From the NCBI GenBank assembly GCA_050633245.1, contig JBOEGD010000011.1:428985-492984 (forward strand): a stretch of 64,000 bases of DNA, written 5' to 3'. Position 1 is the first letter of the stretch, and the number at the start of each line of letters is the position of its first letter. The notes under the pieces are model-generated. The model worked only from the letters and a program-made list of their open reading frames with translations. It was not told where the DNA came from and searched no databases. The position numbers were made by a program, and so were the translations under genes. The stretch comes from Calditrichia bacterium (GTDB taxonomy: Bacteria; Calditrichota; Calditrichia; RBG-13-44-9; J075). This document shows, piece by piece, positions 37,885 to 48,048 of the stretch.

Positions 37885-38621
37885 CATATCGCTGCATGAT
37901 AATTGATGATGAGCCTTTGGCTCGCCAACTCATTGCCGAGTTTCTCGAAGATGTAGACGATATTAAGATTATCGCTTCCCCCGGCAATCCAGATGAAGCT
38001 CTCGAGTTAATATTGCAGCATAAACCGGACGTGCTTTTTTTAGATATCCAAATGCCGGGCATGAATGGTTTCGATCTGCTTCGGCAATTGGAGTCACCGC
38101 CGGCAGTGGTTTTTTGCACCGCCTATGACGAGTATGCTATTGCCGCCTTTGAAGAGAATGCAATAGATTACCTGCTTAAACCCTTCGACAAAGCCCGTTT
38201 TAATAAAACGCTACAGCGCCTTCGTCAGCAGCTAACAGACGCAACAACAACACAGTGGCAGCACCTGATCGAAAAGTTGGATAAGAATCAGGGTGGTCCA
38301 TTAGAACGATTGATTGTTCGCAAGGGAGATCACCTGAAGATGGTAAACACCGCAGAGATTCTTTGGGTTGAGGCAATGGAAGATTATGTGAAGCTACATA
38401 CGCCAAAAGAGAAGCATTTGGTATTGCGGAGAATCGGTGACTTAGCAGATCGATTACCAGAACGCTTTTTAAGAGTTCATCGTTCCACTATCGTCAATCT
38501 AGACGCCGTCCAAGAGATTCACCCCTGGAGCAGCGGTCGTTTTTTACTAAAGCTAAAAGACGGAACAGAAGTAGAGACAAGCAAAGCAGGTGCTAAATCG
38601 ATCCGAGAAATGATGGGCTAG
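37881..38621 (+). CDS. LytTR family response regulator
   Basis: DDEPLAR, FLDIQMPGMNG, DYLLKPF, FLRVHRSTIVN. Confidence 0.95.
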   Translation: MTYRCMIIDDEPLARQLIAEFLEDVDDIKIIASPGNPDEALELILQHKPDVLFLDIQMPGMNGFDLLRQLESPPAVVFCTAYDEYAIAAFEENAIDYLLKPFDKARFNKTLQRLRQQLTDATTTQWQHLIEKLDKNQGGPLERLIVRKGDHLKMVNTAEILWVEAMEDYVKLHTPKEKHLVLRRIGDLADRLPERFLRVHRSTIVNLDAVQEIHPWSSGRFLLKLKDGTEVETSKAGAKSIREMMG

Positions 38622-38623
38622 CT

Positions 38624-40297
38624 TTATTTTAGCAACAGCATCTTTCGCATTTGCGACTGTCCGTTTGCCGTAACCCGATACAAGTACACACCGCTAGATA
38701 AATCACCACTCCCCCACTCTAACGTATGCTCGCCAATCGGTAACACAGACGTGCTTTTCTGATCGACCAGCTGACCGGCGGCATTAAAGACTTGCAGCTC
38801 AACGCTCGCCGTACGTTTTAAGACAAAAGGAATTGACGTCGTTGGATTAAACGGATTCGGATAGTTTTGCAGTAATGCAAATTCCTGTGGAACGGCATTG
38901 TCCAAGCCACCAATTCCAGTTGCAGAACTTGGCTTCATCATACGAACAACAGCATCTTGTTTGGTTAGCACATACATTTCCTGCTGATCATCAACGCCAA
39001 ATCGCAGATCGGCTCGGGTATTGCCCACTAGCTGCAATAATGTCACTTCGTTACCATTCTGAAAAAGACGGAGCTCCTTGATATCTTCTGCCTGACGTCC
39101 CTGCACAAGACTGTCTACCTCAACGTAAAAGATTCGTCCTCTTACAATATCGCCGAAGACATACTTGCCAATTAAAGCAGGCACATTCGTGCCGCGATAG
39201 ACGAAACCACCTACAATGCCAAATCCTTCATCATGATCGTATTGCGCAACCGGATAGGTATAGTTAAAGGTAGAGTCATTCGCCGGCAGCGGATAAACAA
39301 AATCCCTAGTTTGATACTCGAAAAGAAACGTACCCTCTCGCTTGTTCCAGCCATAGTTCAAGCCAGGCGCACCTAAATTAATTTCTTCCAGGTTTCTCTC
39401 GCCAATATCCCCGATCAGCATCTTATTATCGCCACCAGTGTCCCAACTGATTCTGTGCGGGTTGCGGAAGCCACGCGTCCAAATTTCTCGTATTGTGTCT
39501 CCTTGCGCTGTTGCGTAGGGGTTGTCAACAGGGATGCCATACTGGCCGTTTCCACTATTATTTCCAAGTGGATCAATTCGCACAATATTACCAAGAATGG
39601 AGTTGAACTTTTGAGTATTCCCCGGAGAGCCACCAAGTGTAACGCCGGCATCTCCAAGACATAGATAGAGCATACCATAATCAGATTCACCGGAAACAGC
39701 TGTTGGATTAAACGACATATCCTGCATTCCATGAATGGTTCCTGGAAAATCAACACGCATCATTTCACGACTGCTGCCACTAAACACGTTAGCTGTGGGA
39801 TCAGTTGCCGTCCATTCGGTAAGCACCCACTGCAGGGAGATTGAAACCGTAATGGGAGGTGTAAAGTCAGGTGTTCCTGAGTTAGCCTGCTCAGCATGAG
39901 TTGTATAGAAAATGCCATTGTTTTGAAATTCAGGATGAAACTCAAACATACCGAAGCCGGTTCCAAGTCCGGGTGAGTCAACAAAGTCTGGACGTTGCGC
40001 ATCGAGATCAAGATAGACAGAAGGTACGCCACCATTGATGACATAAAGCTTGCCACGCAAGTCATTCAAGAAGTGCCTATTGGAATTATCCTTCGATGTT
40101 TTTAAAATATTAATGCGGGCCAGCGGTCTACTCGTGCTACTAGAAGGAATTGTTGCCACATCTTCTAGTTCTACAGAGATTGTGCCAAATTCAATTGGCG
40201 CTGGTACGGGGTCATTCACCTGTGCAATTGCAACCTGTACACAAACAAACACAGTCGCTATCGAGAACACTATATATCTTAAAACGAGATTTTTCAT
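38624..40297 (-). CDS. PQQ-dependent glucose/sorbosone dehydrogenase family protein with T9SS CTD
   Basis: FHPEF, GMLYLCLGD, EIWTRGFRNPHRISWD, GDIGERNLEEIN, NYGW; CTD QNYPNPFNP...KMLLLK. Confidence 0.85.
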   Translation of the reverse strand: MKNLVLRYIVFSIATVFVCVQVAIAQVNDPVPAPIEFGTISVELEDVATIPSSSTSRPLARINILKTSKDNSNRHFLNDLRGKLYVINGGVPSVYLDLDAQRPDFVDSPGLGTGFGMFEFHPEFQNNGIFYTTHAEQANSGTPDFTPPITVSISLQWVLTEWTATDPTANVFSGSSREMMRVDFPGTIHGMQDMSFNPTAVSGESDYGMLYLCLGDAGVTLGGSPGNTQKFNSILGNIVRIDPLGNNSGNGQYGIPVDNPYATAQGDTIREIWTRGFRNPHRISWDTGGDNKMLIGDIGERNLEEINLGAPGLNYGWNKREGTFLFEYQTRDFVYPLPANDSTFNYTYPVAQYDHDEGFGIVGGFVYRGTNVPALIGKYVFGDIVRGRIFYVEVDSLVQGRQAEDIKELRLFQNGNEVTLLQLVGNTRADLRFGVDDQQEMYVLTKQDAVVRMMKPSSATGIGGLDNAVPQEFALLQNYPNPFNPTTSIPFVLKRTASVELQVFNAAGQLVDQKSTSVLPIGEHTLEWGSGDLSSGVYLYRVTANGQSQMRKMLLLK

Positions 40298-40327
40298 TTT
40301 AGACCTCATCTTTATTTATACTTAAGT

Positions 40328-41356
40328 TTAGCGCTCCACTCGGCCGGAGCCGTCACCGGAGGCAACCTTGTCTACTTCCTCTACAGAGACCAAATTAAAG
40401 TCACCTGGAATGGTTTGCTTCAGACAAGAAGCAGCAACGGCAAATTCAAGCGCATCGGCAGTCGAAGATTTCATAAGTAATCCGTAGATGAGTCCACTGG
40501 CAAATGAATCTCCTCCGCCTACACGGTCTACCAATTGAATTTCATAGATCTTTGAGCGTCTTGCTTTACTGCACTCTTTTTCATCAAGCAGCATGGCGCT
40601 CCATCCGTTACGAGAAGCGGAGAAACTTTCGCGAAGTGTAATCGCAACCGTGTCAAAATCATACGTTGCTTTCAATCGCTTTGCCAGATCAAAATATCCG
40701 GACTCGTCAAGCTCTGCGGCCTCAACATTTGTTTCGCCAGCTTCCATTCCAAGACTCTTTTCAGCATCTTCTTCATTTGCAATACATACGTCGACGTATT
40801 TCATCAGTGGCTGCATCACATTTTGCGCCTCGGTAGTCGTCCATAACTTCTTGCGGAAATTCAAATCGCAACTAATGCGTACTCCGGCAGCTTTCGCGGC
40901 CTTACAAGCATTCTCGAGTGCCTCTTGAGCGGTATCGCCAAGTGCCGGGGTAATACCGGTCCAGTGGAACCAGGACGCACCAGCAAAAACCTCGCTCCAG
41001 TTTACTTCATTCGACGCCATTGCAGACACAGCAGAATTCGCCCGATCATAGACAACTTTAGATGCGCGCTGGCTGGCACCGGTTTCCAGAAAGTAAATCC
41101 CGACGCGGTCTCCTCCACGAACAATGTAGTCTGTTTGTACTCCATAGCGACGCAGGTGATTCACCGCAGATTGCCCAATTTCATGTTTTGGCAGTTTACA
41201 GACAAAGTAGCTATTTAGCCCATATCCTGCGAGCGCAGCGGCAACATTCGCTTCACCACCACCATAGGTTACATCAAATTGCTGGGCCTGCACAAAGCGA
41301 GTGAATCCCGGTGTGGATAAGCGCAGCATTATTTCTCCAAATGTAACAATTTTCAC
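40328..41356 (-). CDS. kdgK: 2-keto-3-deoxygluconate kinase (PfkB family)
   Basis: GTG start after AGGAG; FGEIMLRLS, GGGEANVA, DLNFRKKLW, DRVGGGDSF. Confidence 0.92.
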   Translation of the reverse strand: MKIVTFGEIMLRLSTPGFTRFVQAQQFDVTYGGGEANVAAALAGYGLNSYFVCKLPKHEIGQSAVNHLRRYGVQTDYIVRGGDRVGIYFLETGASQRASKVVYDRANSAVSAMASNEVNWSEVFAGASWFHWTGITPALGDTAQEALENACKAAKAAGVRISCDLNFRKKLWTTTEAQNVMQPLMKYVDVCIANEEDAEKSLGMEAGETNVEAAELDESGYFDLAKRLKATYDFDTVAITLRESFSASRNGWSAMLLDEKECSKARRSKIYEIQLVDRVGGGDSFASGLIYGLLMKSSTADALEFAVAASCLKQTIPGDFNLVSVEEVDKVASGDGSGRVER

Positions 41357-41385
41357 TTTACAACTCCTTTTTATACGTTCCATAT

Positions 41386-42027
41386 TTAACGAGCGGTCTG
41401 AATACTTTTCACAATTCGCCGGGCATTATCTTTTAACTTCTCGTAATCACCACTATCAATCGCCTTCTTATCCATCAATGCACTTCCAACACCAACTGCA
41501 CATGCACCGGCTTTCAACCAATCTCCCGCATTATCTAGAGTTACTCCTCCGGTTGGCATTAGCTTTAAATGTGGCATTGGGGCAAGCACCCCTTTAAAAA
41601 AGGCCATCCCAACAATATTCGCAGGGAAAACTTTTACCACATCAGCACCTTCTTCATGAGCGATTTGAATTTCTGTGGGCGTAAACGCACCCGGCATAAC
41701 CGGCGTATTCATCCGATCACATATTCGAACGACTTCCGGTTTAAATATCGGACTAACCACAAACTGCGCACCAGCATCAATAGCCGCCTTGGCCGTATTT
41801 GGGTTCAAAACGGATCCTACTCCAACAATAAAATCGGAAGTTTTTCTCGTCGCCAATTGCTCAATTACCTGTAGGGCATTAGGCGTCGTCATAGTAATTT
41901 CCAAAACAGAAACTCCACCTTCACAAATTGCCTCTGCAACGGCCAGAAGCTGCGAACTGTCGTTCATGCGAACTACAGCCACAGCACCTCGCTGCTCGAT
42001 GGATGCTACAATTTCTTGTCTATTCAT
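41386..42027 (-). CDS. eda: KDPG/KHG aldolase
   Basis: VAVVR, LEITMTTP, GAQFVVSP, TPTEI, VKVFPA, MPTGGV. Confidence 0.93.
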   Translation of the reverse strand: MNRQEIVASIEQRGAVAVVRMNDSSQLLAVAEAICEGGVSVLEITMTTPNALQVIEQLATRKTSDFIVGVGSVLNPNTAKAAIDAGAQFVVSPIFKPEVVRICDRMNTPVMPGAFTPTEIQIAHEEGADVVKVFPANIVGMAFFKGVLAPMPHLKLMPTGGVTLDNAGDWLKAGACAVGVGSALMDKKAIDSGDYEKLKDNARRIVKSIQTAR

Positions 42028-42046
42028 ACTTCCGTTCCCTGTGCAA

Positions 42047-43720
42047 TCAATTTTTTAGTCGTTTATTAAGTTGATAGTTATAAAGCGAAGCTATGCTTAA
42101 ACCTTGCTGATTCACCCCTTCGATATACGCGTCAGGTCCATAATCCAACTGCAATATCCTATTTGAATTAAACCCGATAAATCTTGCCTGCGGACCGTCG
42201 GAGATGCCACCAATCGCGAGCACATCGCTTGCAGAAGTTTCATCCGGAAGATCAATTTTAACATCAATATTCCAGAAGGTATTGTATGCGCCATGCGTGG
42301 GTTTCCAATAACCGGCGCCACCATGTTGAAAAAGGTCTGCCTTCTCACTCAAACCACGAAGCCGAATATTATCGAACAAATTCTGATGATTTATACCGCA
42401 GTGTTGATCGAGGGTTGGGCGCTTGGTTATTAACACATCCGAAAACACGCCTGCCTTGCATCCGGTATTGAAGCTGATAGAGTGCATTTGCTCAGCATCT
42501 ACCCGTAGTCCTTTGACCAACATGTGGTTTGTTTTTCCCAGATGAACAGCATAATGTCCAAGTCGGCCATCTACAACAACATCCTCGATTGTTACAAATG
42601 CTGCATTATCACTAAGAATAGCATTATCAACATTTGTAAAGCTGACGTCCTTAATCCAAGAGTGCACAACATCGGTTAAATAGATGGCATTATATCCGGC
42701 TTCTAAATGATGTCCCATATAATCAGATTCCGGGAATTCGATAGAAAAGCCCTCAATACCAATTTCACTAAGCGGCTCGAACAACTCAACTTCAGCTGTC
42801 CAACCAGAACGTACATCGTGTAATAAAGGCTCCTTAACCAGAAGTTGACGTCCTTCAACTTCTTCAAGATTTACATACTGACTCAAAAGAGGTCGATGAC
42901 TGTTCTTCCAGTGCCTCTCACCTATCTTGACATCAGACTGATAAATATGTTTTAGCAGATCACTGCCTTCGCCGTCTTTATTGAACCAGTTTATTTTGAG
43001 CGTCTTGCCAACAAAGTCAGTTAAAGGCTCGGTATTACTATCAGGAGTTAAGACCAGATGCTTTTTACCACGCTTTGCCGACGAGATTGACAACGTTGAA
43101 GCCGGAAGCGAGTTCATATCGTATCTATTCAGATAAGCCAGGCCACGACTGTCTTTATTGCGAATCCAAATATATCCGCCGGTCCACGAAAACGGTGAGA
43201 ACAGCTTTTGCGATTTCTTAACACGCTTGTTATTACTGACAAGATACTCCTGTAGCTCCTGCATATGCTCGGGAAGAGGCAATTCTGAGAGTGGTTTTGT
43301 AAACTGCAAAACAGTTCCTTCAGAACCGCTTCCGCTACCACGCAAGACCAATTGCCCGCGTTGTAAATAGACATAGTCTGAAAGAAGGAGTTTGCCCGCT
43401 GGAAATTCGATCACAACATTGCCGGTCATATGCTCAGCTTTCGCCAGGGCCTCTTTCAGTGCCCGGGTATCATCTTTGGCATCATCCGGCACGGCACCAA
43501 AGTCGATCACCCGCAAAACATCACCCGTGATAGTCGGTTTTTTTTCACCACTGCGATAACCGGCATATGAAAAGTCTGGCAAATAAATTTCACCCGCCTC
43601 TGCCTTGGCTAACACTTCAGGCTGCCAGCTGTCGGACACAGCAGATTTTTCTGCACAGCCAAGGTAAAATAAGAGCAGGCAGACAATCGTCGATTGTAGT
43701 TGTCTCGGTTTTACTTGCAA
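42047..43720 (-). CDS. Right-handed beta-helix (pectate-lyase-3/DUF4955-like) lipoprotein, putative polysaccharide-active enzyme
   Basis: LGC lipobox; LPDFSYAGY; FGAVPDD..DDT.A...A...VIEFPAG; exact start codon uncertain. Confidence 0.7.
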   Translation of the reverse strand: MQVKPRQLQSTIVCLLLFYLGCAEKSAVSDSWQPEVLAKAEAGEIYLPDFSYAGYRSGEKKPTITGDVLRVIDFGAVPDDAKDDTRALKEALAKAEHMTGNVVIEFPAGKLLLSDYVYLQRGQLVLRGSGSGSEGTVLQFTKPLSELPLPEHMQELQEYLVSNNKRVKKSQKLFSPFSWTGGYIWIRNKDSRGLAYLNRYDMNSLPASTLSISSAKRGKKHLVLTPDSNTEPLTDFVGKTLKINWFNKDGEGSDLLKHIYQSDVKIGERHWKNSHRPLLSQYVNLEEVEGRQLLVKEPLLHDVRSGWTAEVELFEPLSEIGIEGFSIEFPESDYMGHHLEAGYNAIYLTDVVHSWIKDVSFTNVDNAILSDNAAFVTIEDVVVDGRLGHYAVHLGKTNHMLVKGLRVDAEQMHSISFNTGCKAGVFSDVLITKRPTLDQHCGINHQNLFDNIRLRGLSEKADLFQHGGAGYWKPTHGAYNTFWNIDVKIDLPDETSASDVLAIGGISDGPQARFIGFNSNRILQLDYGPDAYIEGVNQQGLSIASLYNYQLNKRLKN

Positions 43721-43753
43721 AGCCAGTGTTTCCCTTCAGCAACGAGATTTATT

Positions 43754-45529
43754 TTACTTCAACAGGAGTATTTTCTGAGACCGCTCACCAAAAGCCGTTT
43801 GCAGGCGAACAATATAGACACCGGATGGTATATTGGCGGCGTTCCACGTTTGGCGATATTCTCCGGCAGCGTAGCGTTCTCTGGTCAACGTTTTGATCCG
43901 TCTTCCGTCTACATCAAAGATCTGTAGTACTACAAACGAGGCTCTATCTATTTTGAATCGCAAAGTCGTAGACGGATTGAAAGGATTAGGGTAATTTTGA
44001 AGCAGCTTAACACCAGTGGGCACAATAGAAGTCTCACCATTTGGAGAAATTCCGGTGATGAGATCGTTTGCAAATGGCCCGACATCAGCAGCTGTCAAGG
44101 GTTGCCGCAGCACCCGCTCAGTACTGAATTCATCTGCACCTATATCCATGGCCGCTCCGCGAAGCTGCCCGTCTATGTCATCAATCAGTGAATAAGAGAT
44201 TACGGCTGCCGAATCTATTGCCGGACTTGTGGCGCTCAGTTTCCACATGTTATTAATGCGTTCGAGCAATGGATCGGCATACCGAATCTCAGAGTCACTC
44301 AGGCTTATTCCCGGCGTTGCATTCCCATCAGCGTGCATGAGGTTGCCCAGCCAGGCCATATTTGTTGGCTGTGTAAACAGCTTTACGAGCTCGTTCTGCT
44401 GTCCTACAACAAGATTGTTCCACACTTTAACGTCTCTTGGCGGCTTTGAGTAATTCCCATTATTAGTAAAGCCTATTTCAATATGATGCAAATTGTCGAC
44501 TAAGGTATTGTGTGCAACGATCGCGCGATTTATACGAAAGTGCCGACTTAAACTACCGCCGCCATCATAATCTCCATTCGTGAGCGCAATTGGTGCATCC
44601 CAGGTATTACCGGTTAGACCCTCAAAATAATTATTGATTATGACATGGTCATCTCCGTAGACACGAATACCGCCTGTTCCGGCTTTGTTCTCGCCAAGGA
44701 AAAAGTTGCCATCGACAGTGGTGCGATTTCCATGCCGCAGTGACAGTGTCCCCTGACTTCTGCGAAACGTATTATAGCGAACCGTATCATCACTGGTTTT
44801 CACCGAGACAATTTCAGGATCACCATCACAGTCCTCAAAGAGATTGTATTCTACCACGGTGTAGCCGCTGGACATCGACAATTCGCTCCATCCTACACGA
44901 ATCGCTTCTTTCTCATTCGTTGCACGTGGCCCGACATTGCGAAAATGGTTGCGATCAATTCGATCGTATTGCGAAGAAATATATGTCGGGTCTGGCGTGC
45001 CATCTACCGTGATGCAGTTTCCGGTTTCCAACTTATTCTCGAACAGGTTGTGGTCGATGCGATTGTGGTGGCTAAGTGCATTGGGGTCGTTCCAAATTCC
45101 TTGAATAATCACCCACTTCAATGAGCTTGTTTCCTGAAGCCTGAACGTGTTGCGGGTAATCCTAACGTTATTACAGGCCTGTAGCTTTACGACTGTCTGG
45201 TCGGTGCTTGTAAAAAGAAATCCTTCTAGAACAATCCATGCACATTGACGAAAATCAAAATATGATTCACCGGTAAGCTCGGCCATTCCAACATTTTGCG
45301 CGCGAATTACAATAGGCTCTTGCTCAGTTCCACTTGCATAGACGGTAATCGAACCCTCCGTATCGTATACACCATCAGCCACTTCAATACTATCACCTGG
45401 CTGAGCCGCAGCAACAGCATCTTCCAACTGTTCAACTGTGTTAACGACAATGGTAGATGCAGCAGCGAACTGAAATGCAAAGGAGATAATCGCAAAAGCA
45501 TATATCAGATTTTTCAATAGAAATTGCAT
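43754..45529 (-). CDS. Polysaccharide lyase family 6 (alginate lyase/chondroitinase B-like) with T9SS CTD
   Basis: QPGD, NRIDHN, EAIRVG, EIVSVKT (catalytic Lys), LSLRHG (catalytic Arg); CTD QNYPNPFNP. Confidence 0.9.
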   Translation of the reverse strand: MQFLLKNLIYAFAIISFAFQFAAASTIVVNTVEQLEDAVAAAQPGDSIEVADGVYDTEGSITVYASGTEQEPIVIRAQNVGMAELTGESYFDFRQCAWIVLEGFLFTSTDQTVVKLQACNNVRITRNTFRLQETSSLKWVIIQGIWNDPNALSHHNRIDHNLFENKLETGNCITVDGTPDPTYISSQYDRIDRNHFRNVGPRATNEKEAIRVGWSELSMSSGYTVVEYNLFEDCDGDPEIVSVKTSDDTVRYNTFRRSQGTLSLRHGNRTTVDGNFFLGENKAGTGGIRVYGDDHVIINNYFEGLTGNTWDAPIALTNGDYDGGGSLSRHFRINRAIVAHNTLVDNLHHIEIGFTNNGNYSKPPRDVKVWNNLVVGQQNELVKLFTQPTNMAWLGNLMHADGNATPGISLSDSEIRYADPLLERINNMWKLSATSPAIDSAAVISYSLIDDIDGQLRGAAMDIGADEFSTERVLRQPLTAADVGPFANDLITGISPNGETSIVPTGVKLLQNYPNPFNPSTTLRFKIDRASFVVLQIFDVDGRRIKTLTRERYAAGEYRQTWNAANIPSGVYIVRLQTAFGERSQKILLLK

Positions 45530-45554
45530 TGACTAGAATACCTTCCTTCGATTA

Positions 45555-48005
45555 TTATTTCAATCCTATAGATGCGCCATCAGTGGCCTTGCCGATCAGA
45601 CCGGATCCTTTTTCCAGGCGATAATCAAAAGCTTCAGGATTAACAAAATCGGGCTTAACGGAAAGCATGCCACCGGCGAGCACATTGTCATAGTAAGACT
45701 CAACCCGCCCGGATTTATATATGTTGCAATTTTTGACGCGCACCGTATTCCAGCGGCTTTCCTCAAACTTCACAGAACGACCACCGCGGCCGCTATTCAA
45801 AAAGATGCTGTTTTTAATTAACGCATTTTGAACACCGATAAGACGCAGCACCGAGCCTTGCTCCTTGTTGTTCACATTGTCGAACACGCAGTGGTCAACC
45901 GTCAAAAATGGTCCGAAGGTGCTTTCGTCATTCCCGCCGCGATATAAGTTTAGCGCCTCGCCCATAACATTTTGAAAGACATTATTAGTTAGGAAAACAT
46001 ATTCCGCGCTATACTTACCGCGGTCTTCTTTTTCCCACGACATACTCAAAGCCGTACCAGAGATCTTATTAAAAACGCAGTTGGTAAATGAAACCGTATC
46101 GCCGAAGGTGCTTTTAAAAGCTTTGAAGGCATTATGTCTGGATTCCTGAAAATCAAAAAAACGACAATTATCCACAAAAAGCGAATAGTGCTCAATCATT
46201 GGATCACGGCTGGTTCGAATCGCGCTTTCAGCAACCCCGCCACGTTCAGAATTACCATCGAATGCAACACCGCTTAGCTGAAGGCTACCACCATTCTCGA
46301 TTGCAATAAAGGAGTACGGACGGCTTCGTCCAACATGTAGCAGCAAGGGACGTTTGTCCAGACCGCTTTTTGCGCGAATAGTTAATGGATGAACAATCGT
46401 CAGCGACTCGGTCAGTTCATACTCTTCGGCGCTCGTCAATTCAATAATATCTCCCGGCTCGGAATTCGAAACGGCTTCAATCAATGCGTTACCAGACCCG
46501 GCGGCAATCGTTTTTCCACTACCGAATGCGGCAGACTTGGCTTCCGGCTTATACCACTTAACACCGGTGTTTTCCGGTGTTGCGTAAGGCTTAAATTCAG
46601 AGGCATTATCCAGCTGCAGTGCCCCGGCCGTCGCTGTTGTGCGTGGCTTACCAGTAATATCGGTTTTAAGAAAATCAAAGTCCTGCATTCCAAATCCTGC
46701 AACAGATGCCGATGTAGGAACATACAGCCCGGAACCCGATTTTTTAAATGCCGGGTCAATTCCAATGAAACCACGGGAGCGAAACGGACCGGCCTTGGTA
46801 TAAGCGACATTTGTTTTAAAGGTAATTCCTTTGATATCATCCAGAACGGTATAGATTTTACTGTTCCTCTCGTGTAGCATAATGTTATTAGCGATGAGAA
46901 TGTTTTCCGGTACATCGGTGCGCTCAAAATCGCTCCCGACAGCAAGCTCAATATTATCGCAGTTGATAAAGGTGTTGTTCGAAATGACACAGTCTTTCGC
47001 CTTATGATAGCGATTAAGCAGTGAGTTCGGTACACCATTCATCACCGCTAATGCTGCGCGAAAACGACCACCTTTAAGCCCATATAAGTAGTTATTGAAA
47101 ATTTTGTGACCGTTATTGATAACGCGAATCCCCCCCGTTTCCGGCTTGTCATTTCCGATGAAAAAGTTCTCGGATACGATATTGCGATCGCCATGGCGCA
47201 TCACTAAACTACCTTCACACTCATAAAAAGTATTGCGGCGAACTATATTATCAGACGATTTAATGGAAGCGATCTCCGTCTCTCCATTGCAGCGATAAAA
47301 GTAGTTGTCTTCAATAATAGTATTGGAGGAGCTAAGAGAATATGTGGACACACCTACCCGCAGCGTTTCACCACCATTCGAACCTAGTCTAGGCCGATAA
47401 CCGAAGAAGTTATGATCGATGCGGTGAAAGTTTTGCTGACTTCGCGGATCATTAAGCCTTACAACAAGTGCAACACCGCTGTTCTTTTTGTTTGCGAGGT
47501 AATTATGATCGAAACGATTATTTTTGCCATGCATATATACCCAGGAATCTTGCTTAAAGCGATCTTCCGGATTATAATTATCAATAACACAATTCGTAAC
47601 CCGGCAATTATTGGCAAGTGTTTTTCTATCTTTGCGAAATTCAATAACGGCTCCACGTGGCGTATGTCCATCAATAAAGGCTAGTCCGCTCACAACCAGA
47701 TGTTCACCGGCAAGACGCAATCTGGAGGCGCCGCTAAAGACAACTTTACCCGGCTCTTCAGCCATTAAGACGATTGGCTGATCTGCCGTGCCGGTTCCCT
47801 CAAATAATACATCGGCATCCATCCAGCTGCCATTTGCCAAAACAAGAGTATCGCCAGGTGCGGCGTTTGCGATTGCCGACTCAAGTGCAGAAACATTAGC
47901 TATTGTTCCTGATGTGCCACTTTCGGCACAGCCGAGAACCAGAAAAAACAGCAATGCTGAGCTTGCCAAATATGTCATTTTAGAAAAAAGTGAATCAGTT
48001 TTCAA
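45555..48005 (-). CDS. Two-domain PL6 lyase, lipoprotein
   Basis: TTG start after AAGGAGG; LGC lipobox; GSNGGETLRVG, EIASIKS, LVMRHG, NGVPNS.LNRY; C-terminal beta-helix with RGGNDESTFGP. Confidence 0.92.
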   Translation of the reverse strand: MKTDSLFSKMTYLASSALLFFLVLGCAESGTSGTIANVSALESAIANAAPGDTLVLANGSWMDADVLFEGTGTADQPIVLMAEEPGKVVFSGASRLRLAGEHLVVSGLAFIDGHTPRGAVIEFRKDRKTLANNCRVTNCVIDNYNPEDRFKQDSWVYMHGKNNRFDHNYLANKKNSGVALVVRLNDPRSQQNFHRIDHNFFGYRPRLGSNGGETLRVGVSTYSLSSSNTIIEDNYFYRCNGETEIASIKSSDNIVRRNTFYECEGSLVMRHGDRNIVSENFFIGNDKPETGGIRVINNGHKIFNNYLYGLKGGRFRAALAVMNGVPNSLLNRYHKAKDCVISNNTFINCDNIELAVGSDFERTDVPENILIANNIMLHERNSKIYTVLDDIKGITFKTNVAYTKAGPFRSRGFIGIDPAFKKSGSGLYVPTSASVAGFGMQDFDFLKTDITGKPRTTATAGALQLDNASEFKPYATPENTGVKWYKPEAKSAAFGSGKTIAAGSGNALIEAVSNSEPGDIIELTSAEEYELTESLTIVHPLTIRAKSGLDKRPLLLHVGRSRPYSFIAIENGGSLQLSGVAFDGNSERGGVAESAIRTSRDPMIEHYSLFVDNCRFFDFQESRHNAFKAFKSTFGDTVSFTNCVFNKISGTALSMSWEKEDRGKYSAEYVFLTNNVFQNVMGEALNLYRGGNDESTFGPFLTVDHCVFDNVNNKEQGSVLRLIGVQNALIKNSIFLNSGRGGRSVKFEESRWNTVRVKNCNIYKSGRVESYYDNVLAGGMLSVKPDFVNPEAFDYRLEKGSGLIGKATDGASIGLK

Positions 48006-48048
48006 AACTCCTCCTTAAAGACGACTGTTAGTTACAGCCACCAAAGTA

